64,000 nucleotides of DNA, from the NCBI GenBank assembly GCA_017522615.1, contig JAFWYR010000019.1, forward strand, positions 21,903 through 85,902. The letters are read 5' to 3'. The stretch's first letter is position 1. Every line of letters begins with the position of its first letter. This document shows, in pieces, positions 30,050 through 39,092 of this stretch. Made by a program: the position numbers and the translations under genes. The notes below the pieces were generated by a model, which searched no databases, was not told the origin of the DNA, and worked only from the letters and a program-made list of their open reading frames with translations. Origin of the DNA: Bacilli bacterium. GTDB taxonomy: Bacteria > Bacillota_I > Bacilli_A > RF39 > UBA660.

Positions 30050-30165
30050 GCTTTACACCCCTAGTGTATAGTATTATAATTTTTTGAGTAAACTACTTGA
30101 TGAAGTGTTAAAAAAATGTTATATTCAATTTAGGTTAAATATTTTATGTGTGAGGAGGAATAATT

Positions 30166-30783
30166 ATGGAGGCAAAACACAAAAATATGCTTATAGTTGC
30201 ACTACTTGCTTTAGTTATGATTATGGCCGTTGGTTATGCAGCATTTGCTCAAAATTTAAATATTAATAGTACATCTGAGGTTAGTTCTAAGTGGGAAGTT
30301 AAGATAACTAATATTGCTGTAAAAAAAGTTATGGTTGGTGGAGTAGAACAAGATGATATAACTGGTACAGCTAGTAATAAAACTACTTTTGCAGTTGATG
30401 AGGATTTCCCTTCAACTTCTGCAACAATTAACGAAGCTGGAACTATGGCTAGATTTAGTTCTGAATTAAGATCTCCTGGAGATTCTATAACTTATGATGT
30501 AACTATTACTAATAGTGGAACTTTAAATGCTAAAGTTGGGGATATTCAGTTTGAAGAAGCTAACGCAACAACTCACTGTATTAAAAATGGTACTACTTGT
30601 TTAGAGGATGATCCTATTTATTATGGATTTACAGGTCTTGCTCAAAACGATGTTATTACAGCTAATGGTGGAACTGCTCATGTTTATGTAACTGTAACTT
30701 ACGATGAAAATGTAACTTCACAACCTGAAGCTAATATTGAAAAAGATGCTACTTTAAGAGTAGACTGTGTACAGGCACAATAA
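30166..30783 (+). CDS. TasA/camelysin-family secreted fibre protein, paralog 2
   Basis: 'KHKNMLIVALLALVMIMAVGYAAFAQNLNINSTSEVSS'; core 'RSPGDSITYDVTITNSGTLNAKV'. Confidence 0.7.
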   Translation: MEAKHKNMLIVALLALVMIMAVGYAAFAQNLNINSTSEVSSKWEVKITNIAVKKVMVGGVEQDDITGTASNKTTFAVDEDFPSTSATINEAGTMARFSSELRSPGDSITYDVTITNSGTLNAKVGDIQFEEANATTHCIKNGTTCLEDDPIYYGFTGLAQNDVITANGGTAHVYVTVTYDENVTSQPEANIEKDATLRVDCVQAQ

Positions 30784-30809
30784 AGAACTTTTATATAAGT
30801 TCTTTTTTT
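30783..30809 (+). terminator. Intrinsic terminator
   Basis: 'AAGAACTT ttatat AAGTTCTT' followed by T6. Confidence 0.65.
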
Positions 30810-30866
30810 GTATTGATTGTATTTTTTTTTTATGTTATATTAATAATAGGATAGGAGAGTGTTATA

Positions 30867-31481
30867 ATGGCTAAGCCAAGAAAAGTTGAGAAAAAAGATA
30901 CTAGTAAGGATGAAATTTTTAAGAATGTAATGATTGGAGTTTTAGTTGCAATAATTGTTGTCATGGGACTTGGATATGCAGCTTTTACTCAGCAACTTAC
31001 TATTAATGGTACTGCAGAGATAACAAGTAAATGGGATGTTCATATCAAATCTATTGTTCCTGATAAGAATGCTACTTCAGTTACTGAAGAGGGTAATGTA
31101 AGATATACTTCTGCTGGAAGTATTAGTTCTTCTGTATTAAACGCAAATACAGCTGAATTTTCTGCTGTTTTAGTTGCTCCTGGGGATACTGTTAATTATA
31201 CTGTAACTGTAGAAAATAGTGGGACATTAGATGCTAAAATTGATACTAATGGTATTGTATTTAGTGATTTAACACAGATGAATAAACTAGCTAATAATAC
31301 AGCTGATGATGCTATAGTATTTAGTTATTCTGGTATTGGTGATGGTACTGTTATTAATAAAAATGGTGGAACTAATGTATTTACTATTTCTGTAACTTAT
31401 AATTCTAGATTTACATCACAACCAGAAGGTGGACAACTTAGAAAGAATTTAGAAATGATTTTAAATTATATTCAAGCTTAA
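30867..31481 (+). CDS. TasA/camelysin-family secreted fibre protein, paralog 3
   Basis: 'VMGLGYAAFTQQLTINGTAEITSKWDV'; core 'VAPGDTVNYTVTVENSGTLDAKI'. Confidence 0.7.
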   Translation: MAKPRKVEKKDTSKDEIFKNVMIGVLVAIIVVMGLGYAAFTQQLTINGTAEITSKWDVHIKSIVPDKNATSVTEEGNVRYTSAGSISSSVLNANTAEFSAVLVAPGDTVNYTVTVENSGTLDAKIDTNGIVFSDLTQMNKLANNTADDAIVFSYSGIGDGTVINKNGGTNVFTISVTYNSRFTSQPEGGQLRKNLEMILNYIQA

Positions 31482-31622
31482 TTTATATTAATAAATAAGC
31501 TTTTTTCTGTTTTATTTAAAAAAATAATTTTTATTTTAAAATGTGTTGTAAAAAGAAAAACTATGTGTTATAATTTATTATAGTAGGAGTAGCACGATTG
31601 CTATTTCAAAAGGGGTCATAAT

Positions 31623-32762
31623 ATGAAAAAGAACTTAATCATTTATGGTCTTCTTATAGGTTATTTACTATTGAACACGTTTGTTCTTTTGCCTATGAAT
31701 TTAAATTATTACAATGAAATTATTAATCCTTGTTTATGGATGATGATTTGCGGTGTTAGTGCTTTTCTAAGCAATGGTGCATCGTTAAGAATAAAAGGTG
31801 AAAGAGATAAAATTCAAAGTTTGATAATAGTAATGATAATTTATGTTATTTGTTACTTTTTACTTGGTTTGGTGTTCGGCTTTGAGAAGACTCCGTATGC
31901 TAAGGATGTACTTAGTATACTTCGAAATTTATGGTCGTTTGTAGGAATTGTATTTTTTCAAGAATTTATTCGAGAAACAGTTGTTAGAAATGAAAAAAAG
32001 AATATACTTAATTATTTGATTATTGTTGTACTGTTTACTTTCTTACAATTAAATTTATCAAATTTTGCTTCAAACTTTTCAGATGTTAAAACTACATTTA
32101 TATATGCTTCTACAACTTTGATTCCGGGTTTTTTGGAAAGTGCGATATTGACTTATTTGGTATATATTGGTGGCTTTAAAGCTAGCATTATATATAGACT
32201 ATTTGTAATGGTTCCTCCATTTATTGTACCAATTATTCCTAGTTTGGACTGGTTTGGTATTGCGATGATGGGAATTGTACTTCCTATGGGTGTATATATT
32301 TATTTGAATTATATACATGTTAAAAGGTCAGAACAACTTTCTAGGAAAGAAAGGCGAAAATATAATCCAGTTGTATATGTTCCGGTGTTTGTATTTATCG
32401 GACTATTAGCAGGATTTGTTGTTGGTTTGTTTAAATATCAACCAATAGCAGTTGTTTCTGGAAGTATGTCTCCGACATTTAATAGGGGAGATGCAGCAGT
32501 TATAAGAAAATTAACTACACAGGAAAAGGATAAGCTTAAAGTTGGAGATGTAATCCAATTTGTAAGTGGTACTAAATTTGTTATTCATAGAATTTATGAT
32601 ATTTCAAATGATGAGTATGGAAATAAGCTATTTATCACTAAGGGTGATCATAATAATGCTCCAGATGTTGGTAAGGTACATTTAGAAGAAGTAAAAGGAA
32701 AAGTTTCATTTATTATTCCACTAATCGGTTATCCATCAGTATGGCTTAGTGGAGCAATTTAA
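31623..32762 (+). CDS. Fusion protein: N-terminal ~7-TM membrane domain plus C-terminal archaeal-type signal peptidase I (SipW-like)
   Basis: C-terminal ~110 aa carry the SPase I box B 'VVSGSMSPTF' and 'GDHNNAPD' (box D-like). The N-terminal 270 aa are polytopic and hydrophobic. Own extended -10 promoter 'TGTGTTATAAT' at 31564-31574. Confidence 0.7.
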   Translation: MKKNLIIYGLLIGYLLLNTFVLLPMNLNYYNEIINPCLWMMICGVSAFLSNGASLRIKGERDKIQSLIIVMIIYVICYFLLGLVFGFEKTPYAKDVLSILRNLWSFVGIVFFQEFIRETVVRNEKKNILNYLIIVVLFTFLQLNLSNFASNFSDVKTTFIYASTTLIPGFLESAILTYLVYIGGFKASIIYRLFVMVPPFIVPIIPSLDWFGIAMMGIVLPMGVYIYLNYIHVKRSEQLSRKERRKYNPVVYVPVFVFIGLLAGFVVGLFKYQPIAVVSGSMSPTFNRGDAAVIRKLTTQEKDKLKVGDVIQFVSGTKFVIHRIYDISNDEYGNKLFITKGDHNNAPDVGKVHLEEVKGKVSFIIPLIGYPSVWLSGAI

Positions 32763-32781
32763 TAAGAAGGGGAGAATTTAG

Positions 32782-33891
32782 ATGACAAAAGCAAAGCGAA
32801 AAGAAAATGAAAACAAAGTTATTTTAAAACAGTGGGTTAGGGTATTTATTTTAATTGTTACTATAGCTGTTATGATTACTTCTATAGTTTCAATTGCTAA
32901 ATCTTTAAATCCAGAAGTGATTATGAATAAAAAACTATATTCATATAATTACAATTCTGGTATGAATTATAAGGTATATTTGAAAAACAATAGTTTTTTC
33001 ACTTCGCCTTATATGCCAATGAATAAACAATATATTACTTCAATTATCGATCATATTGAGGTAGAAGCAAAGTATGATTTTACTAGTGATACTGATTTAG
33101 CTTATGACTATAGTTATAGTATTAAAGCTACTGCTAGAGGAATGGCTGAAGACTCTGATGGTAAGAAGATCGATGTATGGTCTAAAGAGTATCCTTTAGT
33201 ACCTGAGACTAAAAATACTGGTACTGGTAGAAAGGTTACTATTTCTAAAACATTTAATGTAGATTATAATTATTATAATCAAGTACTTACTGATTTTCGT
33301 AATCAATTTGGATTATCTGTAGATGCTAGAGTAGATGTTACATTTAATGTTAAGATTAATGGTGGTATGCCTGGCGCTGCGACTAAATCATTACAAGAAA
33401 ATAAATCTATGACTTTACAAATGCCTTTACTTGTTCAAACATTAAAGATTAAACCTGACTTTGTAAATAATGGTGGAGATACAGTATATGAAAAATTAGA
33501 TGATCAAGGTAAAAAGATAGATGTTAATTTATTAGTAATTGGTGTATTATTGTTAGCTGTTTCTATTATTGTACTTATTAAAGTTGGTAAGAGTTTACTT
33601 GTTGTAACTAGAAAATCTGAATATATTTTAGCTGTTAACAAGATTCTTAAAGATTATGGTGACATTATTGCTGAAACTCACAATATGCCTGATTTAAATA
33701 AATATGATATTGTTAATATTAAAAACTTTGTAGATATGGTTGATATCGAAGAAGAATTACATTCACCTATTATCTATTTTGAAATTGAAGAAGATTCTAA
33801 ATGTGTATTCTTGATTCTTAATGAGAATACTGCTTATAGATTCTTACTAAAAGAATCAGATTTCGATCATTTCAACGCTAAATCTAAATAA
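32782..33891 (+). CDS. Bitopic membrane protein (TM near the N-terminus and near residue 250), TasA-locus associated, unknown function
   Basis: 369 aa; TM 'VFILIVTIAVMITSIVSIA' and TM 'LLVIGVLLLAVSIIVLI'; extracytoplasmic beta-rich middle segment; cytoplasmic acidic tail. Coupled 19 nt after the SipW fusion. Confidence 0.45.
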   Translation: MTKAKRKENENKVILKQWVRVFILIVTIAVMITSIVSIAKSLNPEVIMNKKLYSYNYNSGMNYKVYLKNNSFFTSPYMPMNKQYITSIIDHIEVEAKYDFTSDTDLAYDYSYSIKATARGMAEDSDGKKIDVWSKEYPLVPETKNTGTGRKVTISKTFNVDYNYYNQVLTDFRNQFGLSVDARVDVTFNVKINGGMPGAATKSLQENKSMTLQMPLLVQTLKIKPDFVNNGGDTVYEKLDDQGKKIDVNLLVIGVLLLAVSIIVLIKVGKSLLVVTRKSEYILAVNKILKDYGDIIAETHNMPDLNKYDIVNIKNFVDMVDIEEELHSPIIYFEIEEDSKCVFLILNENTAYRFLLKESDFDHFNAKSK

Positions 33892-33900
33892 TAGTATATG

Positions 33901-33925
33901 AAAACGAGATTATATCTCGTTTTTT
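33901..33925. terminator. Bidirectional intrinsic terminator (perfect 22-nt palindrome flanked by A-run and T-run)
   Basis: 'AAAACGAGATATATCTCGTTTT' lies between the convergent genes 32782-33891 (+) and 33910-36042 (-). Confidence 0.6.
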
Positions 33926-36042
33926 ATTTTATTTAATAATGTATTTACTTTATTATTATCTTCATCATATAGTATTATTCTTACATCTGTTTTTATTTTT
34001 TCATCCGTTTTATCTATGTTATCTGAATGAAGTATTTTGGTATATTGATTATTTATTATAGGATATATTTTCCCAAATTTGTTTTTTAATAGTATATTTT
34101 CACCTTTCAAATAAAAATCTTTTAATATCATTAATTCTAGTTTTCCATATATTATTTTTTCAATATTTTTGGAATAATTTAATATTTCATTGTTTGGGAC
34201 TTCTGGGGATAAAGTAACTGCTTTTACATTATATTTATTTAATAGTTTTACACTTTCACTATTGGTAATGTTTAATGTATAGTCAGTTATTATTTCATTA
34301 TCTTTATAATATTTGTTTAAACTACCTAGTTCATTAATTAGTAGTTTTTCATTTTTGTATTTTTTAAAATCTTTTATTATGGATGGAAGTCTATAGTATA
34401 TGTTTAAATCTTTATATTTTTTATAAAGATTATAATCTTCTGTATAAATTCTATCTACTTTATCTTTAATATTTAGTAGTTGTTTTTCTGTTTTAACTTC
34501 TATCGATATTTTATGATTATTAGATATCATTTTTTCCTTTTTATAATTAAATGATACTTTATTATTTGCTTTTGTTCTTTTTTCTATCAATTTATCTATT
34601 AAATTATGTCTTAATTCATTTAGTATTTTTAGTGGAATAAATACATTTTCAATATCAATATTTATATTTTCAATTTTAAATGGGGTATTTCCTATTTTAT
34701 TTAGTTTTTCTTCTATTTCTATTTTTGATGTAGGTCTATTTTTAGCTTTTTCTAATGTTACCGATTTTTTAGTGATTGTGTTTGTGCCATCTGAAATAGT
34801 TAGCGTTAGTGGTTTATTAATGTATCCTTTTAAGTTAAAAGATATGCCTATTTTTTTGTTTGGTGTTTTTCTAATTTCTTTTAATAATTGTATATCTATA
34901 GTTTTATTAATTTCAGTATTTTTTTTAATATTAATTTTGTTATCTATTACAGCTATTTGTCCTTTATCTATGTGATTAACTAATAGTCCTTTTGTATTAT
35001 AAATTTTATTAACTATCATTCCTTTATTTTCATTTATAAATCTTATTCCATCTTCCATGTAGAGGTTATCATCTAGTTTAATATATATTTTTTTATCAGT
35101 TATTTTCGTTGTTTTGCCTAAATGATATCCTATATGATTTGAAGATGATGTGTTGTAGATGTCATTATTAAATAAGTATCCTTTAGTAAATTTTCTATTA
35201 TATAATTTAGCTAAGTTTATAAGTTCTTCTTTTTTTACTTTTGGTATTTTTCCTTCATAATATTCATCTATTAATCTTCTATAAACTTTTGTTACATAGC
35301 CAACGTATTCTGGGCTTTTCATTCTTCCTTCAATTTTTAAACTAGTAATATTTAATGAAAGTATTTTATCTATATTTTCTACTGTGCATAATTCTTTTGT
35401 GCTTAGAGGATATTTGATGTCCAATTTTTTTCCTTCTTGATAAATTTCATATGGTAATCTACATGATCCAACGCATCTTCCGCGGTTACCACTTCTGCCA
35501 CCATTTAGACTAGAAAAAAGACATCTCCCACTATATGATACACATAGAGCTCCGTGAATGAATATTTCAATATCTATATCAGTTTTTATATTTTTGATTT
35601 CATCTATTGTCATTTCACGAGCTAGAACAGCTCTTTTGACGCCGATATTTTTAAGAAATTTTAAACATTCATCATTATGACAATTTGCTTGAGTAGAGGA
35701 ATGTATTTCTAAGTTTGGTATTAGTTTTTTACATAAACTAATCATACCGATATCTTGCATTATTACGGCATCGACTCCTATTTCATATAAATATTTTAAA
35801 TAGTTAATACATTCTTCGATCTCTTTTTCAAATATAACTGTATTTACAGCTACGTATAATTTTACACCATATAGATGAGTATAATAAACTGCTTCTTTTA
35901 ATTTTTCTTTATCAAAGTTTTGAGCAAAGGCTCTTGCACTAAAATTTTCCCCACCTATGTATATGGCGTCAGCACCATTATTTATAGCTGATAATAGTGT
36001 TTCCATATTTCCTGCTGGTGATAATAATTCAATTTTTTTCAT
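33910..36042 (-). CDS. Peptidase U32-family protein (PrtC/YhbU/RlhA-like) with long C-terminal extension
   Basis: 'LLSPAGN...AIYIGGENFSARA', 'EIHSSTQ', and Cys cluster 'CVSYSGRC...RGRCVGSC' are characteristic of U32. 710 aa. Confidence 0.8.
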   Translation of the reverse strand: MKKIELLSPAGNMETLLSAINNGADAIYIGGENFSARAFAQNFDKEKLKEAVYYTHLYGVKLYVAVNTVIFEKEIEECINYLKYLYEIGVDAVIMQDIGMISLCKKLIPNLEIHSSTQANCHNDECLKFLKNIGVKRAVLAREMTIDEIKNIKTDIDIEIFIHGALCVSYSGRCLFSSLNGGRSGNRGRCVGSCRLPYEIYQEGKKLDIKYPLSTKELCTVENIDKILSLNITSLKIEGRMKSPEYVGYVTKVYRRLIDEYYEGKIPKVKKEELINLAKLYNRKFTKGYLFNNDIYNTSSSNHIGYHLGKTTKITDKKIYIKLDDNLYMEDGIRFINENKGMIVNKIYNTKGLLVNHIDKGQIAVIDNKINIKKNTEINKTIDIQLLKEIRKTPNKKIGISFNLKGYINKPLTLTISDGTNTITKKSVTLEKAKNRPTSKIEIEEKLNKIGNTPFKIENINIDIENVFIPLKILNELRHNLIDKLIEKRTKANNKVSFNYKKEKMISNNHKISIEVKTEKQLLNIKDKVDRIYTEDYNLYKKYKDLNIYYRLPSIIKDFKKYKNEKLLINELGSLNKYYKDNEIITDYTLNITNSESVKLLNKYNVKAVTLSPEVPNNEILNYSKNIEKIIYGKLELMILKDFYLKGENILLKNKFGKIYPIINNQYTKILHSDNIDKTDEKIKTDVRIILYDEDNNKVNTLLNKIKNEI

Positions 36043-36138
36043 ATTAAAGTTCCTTTCAAAATTCTCTCATATTATACCATAGTTGATTGACTTATGCATT
36101 TAATTATTTTATAATTTATATAGGATAGGTGATTGGTA

Positions 36139-36558
36139 ATGAAGAAAAAGGGTTTTACTTTAGTCGAATTATTATTAGTTATTGTTATTATAGGATTAAT
36201 TGCGCTTATAGTATATCCATCAATACTTAGAATTATCGGTGATGCGAGAACTAGTTCATATGAAAACCAGGTAAAAATAGTTGAAAAAGCTGCTAGAGCA
36301 TGGGGATATAAGAATGCTTTATTATTACCTGATGGTAGTGGTTCTACTGATAAGGAAAAATACGGCTGTTTAAAATTATCTGTTTTAACATCTGGAGGTT
36401 ATCTTTCTGTAGATGAGGTAAAAGATCCTAGAACTACTGGTAAGAATTTGACTGGTGCGGTTAGAATTTCATATTCTAGTGGACAGTATGTATATGAATA
36501 TGTCGATGAGTTAAATGATTTAATTAGTAATGATAGTAGATGTACGGTTTACAATTAA
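36139..36558 (+). CDS. Type IV pilin / ComGC-like pseudopilin precursor
   Basis: Class III signal 'MKKKGFTLVELLLVIVIIGLIA' (prepilin peptidase site G|FTLVE with Glu+5). 139 aa. ATG 36139 with 'AGGTGA' SD. Confidence 0.75.
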   Translation: MKKKGFTLVELLLVIVIIGLIALIVYPSILRIIGDARTSSYENQVKIVEKAARAWGYKNALLLPDGSGSTDKEKYGCLKLSVLTSGGYLSVDEVKDPRTTGKNLTGAVRISYSSGQYVYEYVDELNDLISNDSRCTVYN

Positions 36559-36592
36559 TCTTAAAAAAAGTATAATGGTAGAGGTGAGTTAA

Positions 36593-37054
36593 ATGGGAGA
36601 TTTTTTGAAAGCACATAGAAAAGGAATTAAAATTGGTTTTCTTGTATTTTTTGTTATTATAATTTTGATTAGTATTTGGTTATTTGTTATGCCAACATTT
36701 AAGAAAAATAAATATGGTGATAGATTAAAAGATTTGAGTAAACACAAGATTTCGAATGAAGTTGTTAATAAAATTAAAGATAAAGCTAATGGTAATGATA
36801 GTGTTAAAAAGATAGATTATAATAGAGAAGGTAGAATTCTTTCTTTTATCATAACTGTCGATAGTAATTTTGGAGTTGATCAAGCTAAGGAATTTGCTAA
36901 AGATATTTTAGATGAGATTAGTGATGATAATAAAAAATACTATGATATTCAAGTATTAATTACTAGTGATGAATTAAGTGATAATTATCCAATTATAGGA
37001 TATAAAAATAAAAATAGTGATGAATTTAAATATGGGAATGCAGGTGGAAATTAA
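36593..37054 (+). CDS. Membrane-anchored protein, unknown function
   Basis: Single N-terminal TM 'IKIGFLVFFVIIILISIWLFVM'; 153 aa; ATGA-coupled to the downstream GGDEF-like gene. Confidence 0.4.
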   Translation: MGDFLKAHRKGIKIGFLVFFVIIILISIWLFVMPTFKKNKYGDRLKDLSKHKISNEVVNKIKDKANGNDSVKKIDYNREGRILSFIITVDSNFGVDQAKEFAKDILDEISDDNKKYYDIQVLITSDELSDNYPIIGYKNKNSDEFKYGNAGGN

Positions 37055-39081
37055 TGAGTAAGAAAAGTAAAATAATTCTCGGAGTCATAATATTATTCAG
37101 CGTTGTTATTGGTCTTTTGTATTTTTTTATGAATGAGGATAATAATACTTCGCTTACTGTTTCACAAAAGAAATGGATTGAAAATAATAAAAATAGTGTT
37201 ATTGATTTAGCTGTTTTGGGTGGAATTCCAGTATTAAATGAAAATGGTAATGGTTTATTTTTGGAATTTATTTCTTCTTTAGAAAAAGAGACAGGTCTCG
37301 AATTTAATGAGCTTTCATATACAAAAGGGGAGAAAGCTGTTTCTGATTATTCGCTTGAGGTTAGTGACAATACTAATAATGGAATACTTTTTTATAGAGA
37401 TAATTATGTTATAGTAACTAAGAAAAAAATATATTTTAATGACGTTACTGAAGTTTCGAATTTGAAAATTGGTGTATTGAAAGGTGCTTCAGCTGATATT
37501 AATAATTATTTATATGGAAGTAATAATTTAGTATTTACTGGATATGATGATATTCCATCGATGTTTACTGATTTAAATGGAGATTTAGTAGATGGTATTG
37601 TCGTACCTAAATTAGATTATTTAAAGACTATTTTAGAGTATGATTTGAATATTGCTTATAATATCGATGAGTATCCAATTAATTATGTTTTTAAGTTTGG
37701 AGATAATGAAAAGTTAAATAAAATATTAATTAAATATTTTGATGGATATAAAAAGAAAAAATTTGATAAAGCATTTAATAAATATTTAGCTAATGCATAT
37801 TTTACTTATGAAAAAATTGACGAAAAAGAACAAGCTTCTTTTAGAAGTAAAAGATATAGTTATGGCTTTGTGTATGACGAGCCTTATATGATGAATGTAA
37901 AAGGAAATTTAGTTGGATTTAATTATTCATTTATTAAAAAATTTGCGAATGCGGCAAATATAGAAGTTGATTTTAAAAGATATTCTAGTAAAGAAAAGTT
38001 ATATAATGATTTTAATACAAATAAATTAGACTTTATATATGGCGATTTAAGTGTAGGTAAATATAAGATTAAGACTTATAGTACAGATCCTATTTATAAT
38101 AATAAAGTTACTTTAATTACTAAAGGTAGAACTGATTTAACGGTTAATAATATTTCTTCTTTAAATGATGCAACTGTTATGGTTGTGAAAGATAGTTCTG
38201 CCCATAAATTTTTAAAGAAAAATGGAATTAGAACTAAGACTTATGAGACAACTTCTTCACTTGTAAATAGTTTATCTGGTGATAAAGTTGCTTTAGTTGA
38301 TTCATACGTATATGATTATTTTGTAAGAAATAATCTTAAAGATGCGATTAAACTTAAAACAATTGATATTCAAAGTGATTTTGGCTTTGTTTCTAGAAAT
38401 ATAAAGGAAAATGAAATATTTAATAGATTAATGGATTTTTATATTTCTTTTGTAAGTAGTAATAAAATTGTAAATGAAGGTTATAAAAAAATCTTTTCTT
38501 CAAATAATAATCTTATGATGTTACAAGTAACATTAAGTATTTTAGTAATTATTTTAATAGGAATTATTATATTTTTACTTTTCTATTTACTTAAGAAAAG
38601 AGGAAAATATGATAATAAATTATCTAAAGCTGATAAGCTTAGATATGCAGATTCGATGACATCTCTTAAAAATAGAGATTATCTAAACGACAATATTTCT
38701 AGATGGGATGAAAGTAAAGTTTATCCACAGGCTATTATTATAATTGATTTAAATAATATAGCTTATATAAACGATAATTTTGGACATGCTGAAGGAGATA
38801 AGGTAATCGTCGAAGCTGCAGGTGTTCTTATTAAAAATCAAATGTCTGATAGTGAATTAATCAGAACTAATGGTAATGAATTTTTGGTATTTACTATCGG
38901 TCATGAAGAGAAAGATGTAGTTACATATATTAGGCGATTAAATAAAGAATTTAAAGAACTTTCTCATGGTTTTGGAGCTGCTATTGGATATAGTATGATT
39001 AATGATGAGATTAAGACTGTCGATGATGCAGTTAATGAAGCTACTATCGATATGCGAAGGAATAAAGAAGAAGTAAACTAG
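37054..39081 (+). CDS. Membrane receptor with tandem periplasmic solute-binding-like domains and a degenerate GGDEF domain
   Basis: N-terminal TM, ~480-aa extracytoplasmic region, second TM ('ILVIILIGIIIFLLFYLL'), then a GGDEF fold. It has 'SLKNRDYL' and 'IIIDLNNIAYINDNFGHAEGDKV', but the active-site motif reads 'RTNGNEF' instead of RxGG(D/E)EF. Confidence 0.7.
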   Translation: MSKKSKIILGVIILFSVVIGLLYFFMNEDNNTSLTVSQKKWIENNKNSVIDLAVLGGIPVLNENGNGLFLEFISSLEKETGLEFNELSYTKGEKAVSDYSLEVSDNTNNGILFYRDNYVIVTKKKIYFNDVTEVSNLKIGVLKGASADINNYLYGSNNLVFTGYDDIPSMFTDLNGDLVDGIVVPKLDYLKTILEYDLNIAYNIDEYPINYVFKFGDNEKLNKILIKYFDGYKKKKFDKAFNKYLANAYFTYEKIDEKEQASFRSKRYSYGFVYDEPYMMNVKGNLVGFNYSFIKKFANAANIEVDFKRYSSKEKLYNDFNTNKLDFIYGDLSVGKYKIKTYSTDPIYNNKVTLITKGRTDLTVNNISSLNDATVMVVKDSSAHKFLKKNGIRTKTYETTSSLVNSLSGDKVALVDSYVYDYFVRNNLKDAIKLKTIDIQSDFGFVSRNIKENEIFNRLMDFYISFVSSNKIVNEGYKKIFSSNNNLMMLQVTLSILVIILIGIIIFLLFYLLKKRGKYDNKLSKADKLRYADSMTSLKNRDYLNDNISRWDESKVYPQAIIIIDLNNIAYINDNFGHAEGDKVIVEAAGVLIKNQMSDSELIRTNGNEFLVFTIGHEEKDVVTYIRRLNKEFKELSHGFGAAIGYSMINDEIKTVDDAVNEATIDMRRNKEEVN

Positions 39082-39092
39082 AGGGGATTAGT

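Noticed and set aside
30084-30266. 60-aa ORF overlapping the promoter and start of TasA-like paralog 2
   Set aside because: It spans the terminator and promoter region and overlaps the real gene's start in another frame. It is Cys/Tyr-rich with no RBS.
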